A DNA stretch of 64,000 nt. It comes from Candidatus Magasanikbacteria bacterium RIFCSPHIGHO2_01_FULL_33_34. GTDB taxonomy: Bacteria > Patescibacteriota > Patescibacteriia > Magasanikbacterales > UBA922. Made by a program: the position numbers and the translations under genes. The stretch covers positions 137,012-201,011 of the forward strand of contig MFPS01000008.1 of the NCBI GenBank assembly GCA_001782825.1. The letters run 5' to 3'. The notes under the pieces were generated by a model. It searched no databases and was not told where the DNA came from. It saw nothing but the letters and a program-made list of their open reading frames with translations. This document shows, piece after piece, positions 51,103 through 60,601 of this stretch; position 1 is the first letter of the stretch; each line of letters begins with the position of its first letter.

Positions 51103-51262
51103 AAAATAATTATATTATAATATATAATTTTATACAAATAATAATTGTGGATAAAATATTATTAATAATTTAATTGTGTAAATATATAGAAAATAAGTAG
51201 TATATATTTGAGCCCAAAGACTTATTATAGAGGACTTGTTCTGGTGTTGTGTATAAATCACA

Positions 51263-51291
51263 TTGTTATACCTGTTTATATATAGTATAAT
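51263..51291 (+). promoter_or_regulatory. sigma70 promoter of xer recombinase gene
   Basis: TTGTTA(51263)-17-TATAAT(51286). Confidence 0.55.
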
Positions 51292-51294
51292 CTA

Positions 51295-51322
51295 ACTGCG
51301 TATAATGCACCTTATGTGAAGT
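51295..51322. other. dif-like chromosome dimer resolution site
   Basis: ACTGCGTATAA-TGCACC-TTATGTGAAGT has the 11-6-11 layout of E. coli dif (GGTGCGCATAA-TGTATA-TTATGTTAAAT). It is next to a Xer gene at the strand-bias switch. Confidence 0.8.
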
Positions 51323-51356
51323 CGTCTTATATACTTAAATTATATACACTATATAT

Positions 51357-52307
51357 ATGTCCAAACAACTACTCCCTTACCTAGATGATTACCTACTCAA
51401 TCTACAAGTGAACAATTACTCCCTTGAAACATTGTACAACTACGAACGTGATTTGATTGTCTTTCAAGATTTTTTGAGAGATGCAAAATTAGAATTCTCC
51501 AAAATTACAAAAAAAGATATTTTAAACTATAAAGCCTATTTAACTTCCACTGATAGAATGACATCTGACAAGCATGCGACCGATACTTTATTATCCCCTT
51601 ACTCGACCAATAGAATGTTGTCCGCACTCAGATCTTATCTCAAGTATATGATAGATATGGACTACCCTACCCCAATACCACCAGATGCTATCAATATGAG
51701 TAAAGTCACGAAAAATAAAGTCCAAGTACCAGAATTGGAAGAAATTATTCAGATCATAGAAGCTTCAACTAAATTTGAAAAAAACAAAAAAGTAGCTCTT
51801 CGAAATAGGGCCTTATTTGAAGTTTTGTTTGCAACTGGACTCAGGATATCTGAGCTAGTGAATTTGAGAATGGATAAAATTGATAATCAGGGACGTATTT
51901 ATGTACTAGGTAAAGGTAAAAAAGAAAGATTTGCCTATTTAACGCCACGCTCAATTAAACACTTAAAACTTTATTTAAAAGTACGCCCGTCTGATTCAGA
52001 TTTTGTATTCGTACCTTTCCAAGGAAAAAATGTAAACGATAAAAAAAATAAAAAAATATCTACTCGTTATATCCAAGAAAGAATCAAAAAATATACTGAA
52101 TTGTTAAGTATAAATGTACCGGTTACCCCGCATATTGTTAGGCATGCTTTTGCGACTTATCTGGCCGAAGATGGCGCCAATCCGGCTGCTATCCAAATAC
52201 TTTTGGGACATGAGTCACTTGATACAACTACACGCTATGTACATGCGTCCGATAGATATGCTGAAAAAACTCATCATGATTTCCATCCATTAAAAGATGA
52301 TGATTAA
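51357..52307 (+). CDS. Xer-family tyrosine recombinase
   Basis: SAM-like N-domain; catalytic R (TGLRISE), K (GKGKKER), HxxR (HIVRH), LGH, Y (TTRY). Confidence 0.92.
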   Translation: MSKQLLPYLDDYLLNLQVNNYSLETLYNYERDLIVFQDFLRDAKLEFSKITKKDILNYKAYLTSTDRMTSDKHATDTLLSPYSTNRMLSALRSYLKYMIDMDYPTPIPPDAINMSKVTKNKVQVPELEEIIQIIEASTKFEKNKKVALRNRALFEVLFATGLRISELVNLRMDKIDNQGRIYVLGKGKKERFAYLTPRSIKHLKLYLKVRPSDSDFVFVPFQGKNVNDKKNKKISTRYIQERIKKYTELLSINVPVTPHIVRHAFATYLAEDGANPAAIQILLGHESLDTTTRYVHASDRYAEKTHHDFHPLKDDD

Positions 52308-53309
52308 TTATTTCCAATAAACACGATCTGGATATCGAAGTTCAATATAGTTAAAAGCTTGTCCATTAATTTCTTTATTTACAATATATTTCAATTGATT
52401 TGATTGTGATTCAAATCTCTCCCCCAACCGGACTGTCGCATACCAGCTATTATAGGTCTGTATAGAAGTATCGCCAACTGAATTTAACAATGTAAAGTAA
52501 TTGACTGATTCTGCCAAATCATTATTAAAATAGTTATACCACTCGATTAAACTCATAACAAAATCTGGTTTCAAAATAGTTTCTAAGTCTGATTTATCTT
52601 CCCTTTTATCATAAACCAATGGATAATTTCCTATTTCATTATAAATACGCTTTGAATTTGGTATATGAAATTTATTATTTTTATTTTCAAATGAATCTGT
52701 AGAAGTCGTGATTTCTGTATCCATATACCATTCATCTTCTGACACATTCACTATTGTTTCAACGTAGTGTCCTAACAAATCTACAAAACTATAGGTCTCT
52801 CCATCATCATAAACTATAGTAGATATTTTTTCTTCTAGATCAATTTCAATCACACCCGGAAAAATTTTCTTGATTGAAATATTATTGAGTGAATACTTAT
52901 CAAACATTACATCTCGTATTTCATCAACATCAACAAAAACATAAGCATCACAAGAAAATACAAATATTTTTTTACATCTAATCACATTAAACACCGCTTC
53001 TGTAAATTCATTTTTATCAATACGATTCAAACCTGACACTTTGACTTCCTTGATTTTAAAAAATGGATGGAATGATATAAGACCAAAAAATAAAATAATA
53101 AACAAACTAAGCAACAATATCTCTATCTTTTTTTTAAGGGGTATTCTTTTTTGTCGATTTCTTATTGTTAGGTATTCTCTTTTTTGCGCGTAATCAATTT
53201 TGTGATAAGTATTTTTGTTAGACCAAAATATATCTTTTATTTTTGTTTTAAAAGAATTTCTTTTTTGATTATTTGCTACCCTGTCCCACCTTTTTACTTT
53301 TTTGTACAT
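52308..53309 (-). CDS. FtsQ/DivIB-like cell division protein
   Basis: Basic N-terminus, single TM, POTRA (FKIKEVKVSG...KIFPG), C-terminal YIELRY..RVYW. Alternative start at 53321. Confidence 0.75.
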   Translation of the reverse strand: MYKKVKRWDRVANNQKRNSFKTKIKDIFWSNKNTYHKIDYAQKREYLTIRNRQKRIPLKKKIEILLLSLFIILFFGLISFHPFFKIKEVKVSGLNRIDKNEFTEAVFNVIRCKKIFVFSCDAYVFVDVDEIRDVMFDKYSLNNISIKKIFPGVIEIDLEEKISTIVYDDGETYSFVDLLGHYVETIVNVSEDEWYMDTEITTSTDSFENKNNKFHIPNSKRIYNEIGNYPLVYDKREDKSDLETILKPDFVMSLIEWYNYFNNDLAESVNYFTLLNSVGDTSIQTYNSWYATVRLGERFESQSNQLKYIVNKEINGQAFNYIELRYPDRVYWK

Positions 53310-53310
53310 A

Positions 53311-54333
53311 CTAAAAACCACGTTTTATTCTACGAATTGACTCCACAAACCAATTTATATAGTATTTGTTTGTTATGGGTAAATCATGACAATGCATCAA
53401 TTCACGCGAATATCCACCAAAACCTTTTTTAAAATGTGTTATGCCATGAAATGGGTGCTTTGGTGAATTTTCTGGCGCAATCCCCCAAAAGTTATAATAC
53501 TTTATTCCTCTTTTTTTTGCTTCACAAATTGCTTCCCATTGTAATAAATAAGATGTAGGCAATTTTTTATTTATATTTAGCGAAGCTCCATGTCTATAAG
53601 CGGCCATTGATCCATAATACATTATTATTGCCGACGAATCTAAGCTGGAATCTGGTAAATAGGCATCAAACAAAAGTGCTTCATTTTTTTCAGAAAATGA
53701 ACTAAATTCATTTGTAATATATTGATCTGAAAATTTAAAAAAATTATGTCTTTGTGCTGTTTTTGTATAAATACTCAAAAAAGTATTTAATTTTTTTGGA
53801 TCATTATTTTTAATTATTTTTACATTTTCACGCATACATCTGCGGATCAAATTTCTATGATTTTTGTTCATACCAGACAAAAGTGTCTCTTCATCGGGTG
53901 TGATATCCAACAACCATGTTCTTTCAGCCAATATATGCATAGGCGCGCTCTTGTAACCCAAACTTTTAAATAATCCCCTATTCTCTGTATTTTCTTCCAA
54001 AAAAGGACTTACTCGCACAAAACTAAATTCTTTTTTTGATTTTGCAAAATCAAAAATAAATTTAGTAAACAATTTTAATGCCTCGGCTTTATTTTTTTCA
54101 GGAAGTATTGGGCCGTATGGTATATACAAAAAATTACCTCTTTTGGCATGTACAGACAAAATTAAAGCGCCTCCAACCAAACTATCATTTTCATAAATAC
54201 CAATTATATAAGGCTTCTCCCCTAGCCTTTTATAAAATTCACCATAATTTAAAGATTGAACAAATAATGTATACGCTTGTTTTTTGTTAAATTCTTCCCA
54301 TTCATTTTGATTTTTTATTTCTGCTATTTGCAT
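53311..54333 (-). CDS. FemABX-family lipid II aminoacyltransferase
   Basis: FVQS, YIPYGP, LQWEAI, YNFWGI, FKKGFGG. Confidence 0.85.
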   Translation of the reverse strand: MQIAEIKNQNEWEEFNKKQAYTLFVQSLNYGEFYKRLGEKPYIIGIYENDSLVGGALILSVHAKRGNFLYIPYGPILPEKNKAEALKLFTKFIFDFAKSKKEFSFVRVSPFLEENTENRGLFKSLGYKSAPMHILAERTWLLDITPDEETLLSGMNKNHRNLIRRCMRENVKIIKNNDPKKLNTFLSIYTKTAQRHNFFKFSDQYITNEFSSFSEKNEALLFDAYLPDSSLDSSAIIMYYGSMAAYRHGASLNINKKLPTSYLLQWEAICEAKKRGIKYYNFWGIAPENSPKHPFHGITHFKKGFGGYSRELMHCHDLPITNKYYINWFVESIRRIKRGF

Positions 54334-54334
54334 A

Positions 54335-55576
54335 TTAATATTGATTTATGACCTCTACAATCCTCATGGCATCAGATTTATTAATATTGATATTGGTGGG
54401 TAAATTGACTGATCTATTTGCAAAATCTTCTGCTATTGGACATGAACCTAGTACATAATCTATATTGGTCATATCAATATCTAATGGAGCAACAACTCCT
54501 CTATACCAATTTCCCAAAATTATATTTTGTTTTTTGGCCATATCAATCAATCTATCTGGATCTTTTGTTAAAATATTATATCGCAATGGTATTGATCCAT
54601 CTATTAACAACGGCTTAATTATTTTGTTATTATTTATGTTGTCAGTATATATTTGAGATATGGTTTTCCTATGTTTTGTGATTGTATCCAAATCATTTAA
54701 TTGAACTAATAACAAATCTGCCAAACAATTGGCCATTTTGGCAGGATAAAAATTTATAGCTTGCCCCTTTTTTTCGGCATCATATATAACTCGGCCAGTT
54801 ATATGCAATTTTTTTGATATGGCTAAAATTATTTTCCCCAAAAAGATAGAATATAAAATTTTTCCTTTAAAAAAAACAATATAATGCATGAGGTTTTGCA
54901 CTATATGAATCTTGTCTGGATTTGGAAGTTTATCTATTATATCTTTTGCTTTTTTTGCTAGCTCATCATTATTTGTAATTAATGCGCCACCACGTACACA
55001 AGAAATACATTTATCACTGCCAAAGCTTAAAATTGCCATATCCCCTATTGTACCTAACTTCTTTCCTTCATATTCCACACCAAATGCATGAGCACAATCT
55101 TCAATTAATTTAATATTTTTTTGGTTACAAATTTCCAATATATCACCCATATTAGCTGGATTTCCAAATGTATGTTGAACAATTATTGCTTTTGTTTTGT
55201 TAGTTATCTTTTTGTTCAAATCCGGGATATCAAGATTGAGTGTCTGATCTATATCTACATAAATTGGCTTTGCACCGGATTGTTTAATCGCATTGATGAC
55301 CACTATACAAGTAAATCCTTGGACTATAACTTCATCACCAACTCCAATATTTGATGCCCGAAGACCGACCAATAGAGCTGATCTTGCGCTATCAATTGTG
55401 ATTACATTTTTTACTCCAAAAAAATTTACTAACCAATTTTCCAAAACTTTAATACTTTTGCCATTCACTAATCTTTTATAAAACCACGGCAAAAATAAGT
55501 ACTTCATTGCATAAAGCATATCTTTGAACCTCAAATTTGGCGCAAAACCTGTAAAAAGATATTTTTTAAAAATCAT
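54335..55576 (-). CDS. DegT/DnrJ/EryC1/StrS PLP-dependent aminotransferase
   Basis: SARSAL, GDEV, QHTFG, IEDCAH, SFGSDK, VNLPT. Confidence 0.85.
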   Translation of the reverse strand: MIFKKYLFTGFAPNLRFKDMLYAMKYLFLPWFYKRLVNGKSIKVLENWLVNFFGVKNVITIDSARSALLVGLRASNIGVGDEVIVQGFTCIVVINAIKQSGAKPIYVDIDQTLNLDIPDLNKKITNKTKAIIVQHTFGNPANMGDILEICNQKNIKLIEDCAHAFGVEYEGKKLGTIGDMAILSFGSDKCISCVRGGALITNNDELAKKAKDIIDKLPNPDKIHIVQNLMHYIVFFKGKILYSIFLGKIILAISKKLHITGRVIYDAEKKGQAINFYPAKMANCLADLLLVQLNDLDTITKHRKTISQIYTDNINNNKIIKPLLIDGSIPLRYNILTKDPDRLIDMAKKQNIILGNWYRGVVAPLDIDMTNIDYVLGSCPIAEDFANRSVNLPTNININKSDAMRIVEVINQY

Positions 55577-55580
55577 ATAT

Positions 55581-57158
55581 TTATTTTACTTCTTTGATAA
55601 GAATATCTGGGACTCTATTTTCAAGCAAAATTACACTTGGGGTATTCTTATATGATTTTATTATTTCTAGCAATTCATTTGGATCATTTACAATTTTTAT
55701 TGATGTATGAAATTTTTCTCCTACACCGTCAATCAATGCTTCTGCATTATCTTTATCCAAAATTATTAACTCATCCGCTATATAAGCTATTTCTGAACCA
55801 ATTTTAGTATGAACTTCAGTACTCATTGCACCCAATTCTGGTATTCCTCTGGTTACTACAATTCTTTTTTTATTTGAATAACCAGACAAAACATCCAGAC
55901 CAGCGCAAAAGCCATTGTAGTTTGAATTATAAGTATCATCTAATATTATTGCTTCACCATAATTTATAATACTCAATGTATTGTCCGGCAAAACTAATTT
56001 ATTGGTTTGACTTTTAGCCTCTTCAATTGAGATGCCCAAAAAATCTGCAACCAAATAACACGGTACAATATTTTTTGCATTATGAGTTCCGATTACAGGG
56101 GCTGACACACTAATATCTTTGTTATACATTTTTCCAAAAAAATTTATTCCTTGCGCAGTATTATCAAATTCTTTTATCAAAAAATCTGGATTAAATTCTT
56201 CTTCTACACCAAAGGTTACTTTTTTGCATTTCAATTCATGCAAAAATTCTCTACAATATTTATTATCAGAATTCACTACGGCTAAACCATTTTCCGGTAA
56301 TGACCGCAAAAGTTCATATTTGGCCTGCTGTGTCATCTTGATTCCACCAAATAATGCCAAATGTTGCTCTGTAATAGCGGTAAGTACACCAATAGTTGGC
56401 TCAACCATATCACAAATAAGCTCTATCTCCCCGATTTTATAAGCTCCCATTTCAACTACAAATACATCTGCATTGGCAAAATCATTATCTAATATAAACT
56501 TTGCAATGCCAATTTCTGTATTTATATTTTTTGGAGTTTTTATTACTCTGTATTTTTTGCCAATGATTGTGCTCAAAAAGTTTTTTACAGAACTTTTGCC
56601 ATAACTCCCTGTTATGCCAATTACTTTTAAATTTTTATATTTAGATAACTTTAGTTTTGCTTTTTTTATAATAATCTTTTTTATATAAGCAGTCGGAATA
56701 TAAAAGATTGAAACTACCAAACTTATTATCAATAAACGAATACTCATCAGTAGCAATAAACCTATCCATGCACCTGAAGCAAAAAACAATAGCGCTTCTA
56801 CAAGAATAGCGCTAAAAATTATGAGTATAGCTTTTTTTGTAAAAACTGGATGCTTGAGTTTGCCTCGTTTGAGTTGTAAAATATTTATAATAAACTCCAA
56901 ACTAAATATTGTAATTATAGTGTATTTTAGGATCATCAAATCATCTATTGGGGATAAGAAAATAATAATTACAAAAATAGGTCTCCACAAAACAATATAT
57001 TTTTTCCAAAAATCCTTTCCTTTTTTTGTAGACAAAAAATCTTTAATCCTATCCATTCTATATTCTTTCAACTGCAATATATAACAAAAATAATTATAAT
57101 CAACAAAAGCGCTCATTATCCACAAAATTAAAATAATTATGTTTATTAAACTAAACAT
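55581..57158 (-). CDS. MurF-like Mur ligase with N-terminal TM domain
   Basis: GITGSYGKS, NTEIG, EMGA, QHL, DDTYNSN; four predicted N-terminal TM helices. Alternative start at 57173. Confidence 0.8.
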   Translation of the reverse strand: MFSLINIIILILWIMSAFVDYNYFCYILQLKEYRMDRIKDFLSTKKGKDFWKKYIVLWRPIFVIIIFLSPIDDLMILKYTIITIFSLEFIINILQLKRGKLKHPVFTKKAILIIFSAILVEALLFFASGAWIGLLLLMSIRLLIISLVVSIFYIPTAYIKKIIIKKAKLKLSKYKNLKVIGITGSYGKSSVKNFLSTIIGKKYRVIKTPKNINTEIGIAKFILDNDFANADVFVVEMGAYKIGEIELICDMVEPTIGVLTAITEQHLALFGGIKMTQQAKYELLRSLPENGLAVVNSDNKYCREFLHELKCKKVTFGVEEEFNPDFLIKEFDNTAQGINFFGKMYNKDISVSAPVIGTHNAKNIVPCYLVADFLGISIEEAKSQTNKLVLPDNTLSIINYGEAIILDDTYNSNYNGFCAGLDVLSGYSNKKRIVVTRGIPELGAMSTEVHTKIGSEIAYIADELIILDKDNAEALIDGVGEKFHTSIKIVNDPNELLEIIKSYKNTPSVILLENRVPDILIKEVK

Positions 57159-57876
57159 GTGATACAAATTCATTAATGACTAATTCTACTTCTTTTATAT
57201 TATGGATATGTAGACCATGTCCACCATTTTTGACAATATGCATAGCCGCTCCGGGTATCATTTTATGTATTCTTTTTCCAAATTTGAGGGGAATATATTT
57301 GTCTTTACTACCCCATAATACTAAAGTTGGTACTTCAATTTTTGATAATAAATGACTTTTGTTATCCCTAACAATTTTTTTAAAAATTTCTCTTTTTACA
57401 CCACTTGAATCTCTATAATCATTTGAACCAACAATCCTATATAAAACTTTTTTTGCCAATACATCAAATTTTTCAATCACTGGCAATTTGAAAAATATTT
57501 TTCCAAACTTGGCCAAGCTATTTAACATTATTCGTCTAATAGCAAACTTTGGTCTAATAACTGCTGCTCCTGATAATATTAAAGCATCTACAATATCAAC
57601 TTCAGTAGCCAATAGAGAGGTTGCAATTTGACCACCAAAGGAATGTCCCAACAATACAGTCTTGCCAGTATAATTTAATTTATTAATTTGTTCTTTCACG
57701 TATTTAACATATTCATCTATTCCCCATACTTCTGTCGGACAAGGTGTAGAACCAAAACAAGGCAATTCAATCACCTGTATATTATCAAAATTCTTTCCTA
57801 CGACAGATATAAAATCTCGCCATGTTTCATGACTACCTCCCCAACCCGGTAATATTATCAAATTAATTTGATTCAT
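57151..57876 (-). CDS. Alpha/beta hydrolase
   Basis: PGWG, GHSFGG nucleophile, WGSKD, GH. Confidence 0.88.
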   Translation of the reverse strand: MNQINLIILPGWGGSHETWRDFISVVGKNFDNIQVIELPCFGSTPCPTEVWGIDEYVKYVKEQINKLNYTGKTVLLGHSFGGQIATSLLATEVDIVDALILSGAAVIRPKFAIRRIMLNSLAKFGKIFFKLPVIEKFDVLAKKVLYRIVGSNDYRDSSGVKREIFKKIVRDNKSHLLSKIEVPTLVLWGSKDKYIPLKFGKRIHKMIPGAAMHIVKNGGHGLHIHNIKEVELVINEFVSHV

Positions 57877-57877
57877 T

Positions 57878-59128
57878 TTATTTATTTATTTTTGACTTAC
57901 CCATATATTTTTGCAACACTTTAGGAATTGAAACACTTCCGTCAGCTTCTTGATAATTCTCTATAATTGCTAAAGGAAATCTACTCAAAACTACGGCTGT
58001 TCCATTGAGGGTATGTACATACTCAGTTTTATTGGCATCGTTTTTAAATTTGATATTCAATCGTCTAGCTTGATAATCTGTACAATTGCTGGTACTAGTA
58101 ACTTCACCATAACCACCATTTTCCCCCTGCATTGTCATCCAAGCTTCAATATCATATTTTCTATAAGCTGGCCCACCCAAATCTCCTGTTGGTATATCAA
58201 TAACACGATAATGCAAATCCAAACCATTACATATTTCTTTTTCAATTTCTAACAATTCTTGATGCATAGATTCACTCTGGTCTGGAGTGCAATATACAAA
58301 CATCTCAAGTTTGGTAAATTGATGAACTCTGTACAAACCTTTGTTAGTCTTGCCATATGCGCCGGCTTCAGTCCTGAAACAATGTGATATAGCAGCGTAT
58401 TTTTTGGGTCCATTGGACAAATCAATCACCTCATCAGCATGATAACCTAATAATGTAATTTCGGCAGTACCGATAAGATTGAGATCAGAATTTTCAATTT
58501 TATAGATTTGTGATTCTTCACCACGTGGACTGAATCCAGAACCATCCAAGATATCATCTTTGACCAAATCTGGAGTTTCCATCAAAATAAAATTATATTT
58601 TTCTAATATATCCATGCCATAATTTATAAGCGCTTGATTTAATCTCACTGCATCATTTTTAACAAAATAAAATTTTGAACCAGCAACTTTCACTCCCCTA
58701 TCAAAATCAATCATATCGAGATCTTCCATAATCTGATCATGAGTTTTTGGCTGAAAATTAAATTCTGGTGGATTTTTATGCTTGTGCAAAACCACAAATT
58801 TATCCTCTGATCCGACTGGAGACTGTGGGTGGCTCAAATTAGGCACTTTGCACAACAAATCATAATACTCTTCATCAATTTCTTTCAATGAAGTTTCTAG
58901 CCCTTTGATATCAATACCGACTTGTTTCATTTCTTTTATTTCATCTTCAGTTGGTTTTACTTTTGATACAGCATTTCTTTTGGCGCGCATTTCATCTATA
59001 TTATTTAAAATTACTTTTCTTTTTTCATCCAATTCCAACAATTTATCAATATCAACTTTTATATTTCTATTAATATTATTTTCTTTGACTAACTTACTAT
59101 TCTCTCGAATAAATTTTATATCCAACAT
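57878..59128 (-). CDS. serS: Serine--tRNA ligase
   Basis: MLDIKFIREN, GTAE, FRTEAG, RVHQF, TLNGT. Confidence 0.96.
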   Translation of the reverse strand: MLDIKFIRENSKLVKENNINRNIKVDIDKLLELDEKRKVILNNIDEMRAKRNAVSKVKPTEDEIKEMKQVGIDIKGLETSLKEIDEEYYDLLCKVPNLSHPQSPVGSEDKFVVLHKHKNPPEFNFQPKTHDQIMEDLDMIDFDRGVKVAGSKFYFVKNDAVRLNQALINYGMDILEKYNFILMETPDLVKDDILDGSGFSPRGEESQIYKIENSDLNLIGTAEITLLGYHADEVIDLSNGPKKYAAISHCFRTEAGAYGKTNKGLYRVHQFTKLEMFVYCTPDQSESMHQELLEIEKEICNGLDLHYRVIDIPTGDLGGPAYRKYDIEAWMTMQGENGGYGEVTSTSNCTDYQARRLNIKFKNDANKTEYVHTLNGTAVVLSRFPLAIIENYQEADGSVSIPKVLQKYMGKSKINK

Positions 59129-59131
59129 ATA

Positions 59132-60166
59132 TTATAAATTATGACTTTTAGCTAAACTTTTAATTTTATTTAATATTTTTTTATAGATGATGTCATTTGC
59201 CAGTATCAAATCATGATTCAAAAAATCATCCAAATCAAAAAACTTCAAATCCACTACTTCTTGATCATTGAATTTGCCATCTCCACCAACAATTTTACAC
59301 AAATACGGTATCAAACAAACTTGATAATTTCTATCTGGCCTGTCCTCTACATGTATATAGTCTAGAGATGAAACAATTTCTATATCATAACCAGATTCTT
59401 CTTTTGTTTCTCTAATTAAGTTTTCTTCAATCGTTTCACCCATCTCCAATGAGCCACCCGGAAATTCCCATTTTTTGTGATATTCAGGATTATGTGGATC
59501 ATTGCGCAATGTAGACATAATTTTGCCATCTTTTATTATGATACCTAATGGCACTACTACATTACGAGAAGTATACATATGTTGCAAATACGACGCTATT
59601 TTATACAAAGCCTTGCCTCTGTGACTGACAGAATTTTTTTCTTGCAATGTCATTTCAGCATAAACTTTTTTCATATCAGAGATATAAAAAATTGGATTAT
59701 AAGCATAATTATTAATCCCGCCAACAAATGGTTTTTGCAAGATCTCGCCTCTAGTTTCACCACTTGTAGCGAATATATTTTTAGTTTGAGGATCATATAC
59801 AACCAAACTCACCTTAAATGAGGCTAATCGATTGTTTTTATCTTGAAGCTTGTCTAGTACCATCGCTACTCTTTTTTCATCTGTATCAGCAATTCTAGCG
59901 CTTTTAACACCTGGCCAGCCATCAAGCGCATCTAGAAAAAGACCACCATCATCAGCAATAGAAACAAGACCAGTTTTTTCTCCATAATATTTGGCTTTTA
60001 GTATGGCATTACCCAGTAAAGTTTCTTCTGTTTCTTCTGGATCTACAAATTTTTCTTCCAATTCATTTACACTTAAAAATTCAAATGGCAAATCTTCCAA
60101 AAATTTTTTCATCTCTTCAAACTTTCCTTTGTTTGTTGTAGCAATCAAAATTTTTTTACTGATCAT
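59132..60166 (-). CDS. RdgB/HAM1 non-canonical NTP pyrophosphatase fused to a NUDIX domain
   Basis: ATTNKGK, NAILKA, DDGG, PGVKSAR, SHRGKA; then GGSLEMGETIEENLIRETKEESG. Confidence 0.88.
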   Translation of the reverse strand: MISKKILIATTNKGKFEEMKKFLEDLPFEFLSVNELEEKFVDPEETEETLLGNAILKAKYYGEKTGLVSIADDGGLFLDALDGWPGVKSARIADTDEKRVAMVLDKLQDKNNRLASFKVSLVVYDPQTKNIFATSGETRGEILQKPFVGGINNYAYNPIFYISDMKKVYAEMTLQEKNSVSHRGKALYKIASYLQHMYTSRNVVVPLGIIIKDGKIMSTLRNDPHNPEYHKKWEFPGGSLEMGETIEENLIRETKEESGYDIEIVSSLDYIHVEDRPDRNYQVCLIPYLCKIVGGDGKFNDQEVVDLKFFDLDDFLNHDLILANDIIYKKILNKIKSLAKSHNL

Positions 60167-60600
60167 ACAAACTTATTTAAGTATTTTTTTATTTTGCTGG
60201 ACTTATAAACTTTTTCCTTATAAGCCTTGGCTCTTATAATCTTGGTTATCAAATTATTTTCGGCTATATAGGCATCCAATTTATCAATAAAAGCTGATTG
60301 ATCATAACCCAAGACAATCATATCTGGATTTATTTTTTTTATAATCTTGTAAACATCTTTTTTATCTCCTAGATATACCTCATCTATATATTTGATTTGT
60401 TCTAGCATCTTTTTTCTGTCCTGTTCACTATGAAATGGTTTGGAACCTTTCAATTTTACTATAGTATTATCACGCGCTATCACAACAATTACACTATCAC
60501 CTTTACTTTTAGCAAATTCAAAAAAATGAAAGTGACCCGCATGTAAAAAGTCAAAAGATCCAAATATTAATACTTTCTTTTTTTTGGATCTCTGTGTCAT
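60163..60600 (-). CDS. Cytidylyltransferase-family nucleotidyltransferase (archaeal-type FAD synthase RibL-like)
   Basis: GSFDFLHAGH, VIARD, LGYDQ, SSKI. Confidence 0.75.
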   Translation of the reverse strand: MTQRSKKKKVLIFGSFDFLHAGHFHFFEFAKSKGDSVIVVIARDNTIVKLKGSKPFHSEQDRKKMLEQIKYIDEVYLGDKKDVYKIIKKINPDMIVLGYDQSAFIDKLDAYIAENNLITKIIRAKAYKEKVYKSSKIKKYLNKFV

Positions 60601-60601
60601 A

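Noticed and set aside
51130-51256. DnaA-box matches (TGTGGATAA 51146-51154, TGTGTATAA 51248-51256) in a long AT-rich gap, suggesting oriC
   Set aside because: Genes converge on this region, skew polarity fits a terminus, a dif-like site is present, and there is no dnaA/dnaN. Isolated boxes also occur elsewhere (e.g. 34270).
51357-52307. Recombinase as a prophage, ICE or integron integrase
   Set aside because: Flanked by housekeeping genes, with no phage or cargo genes, no attC-like array and no integron-specific insertion evident.
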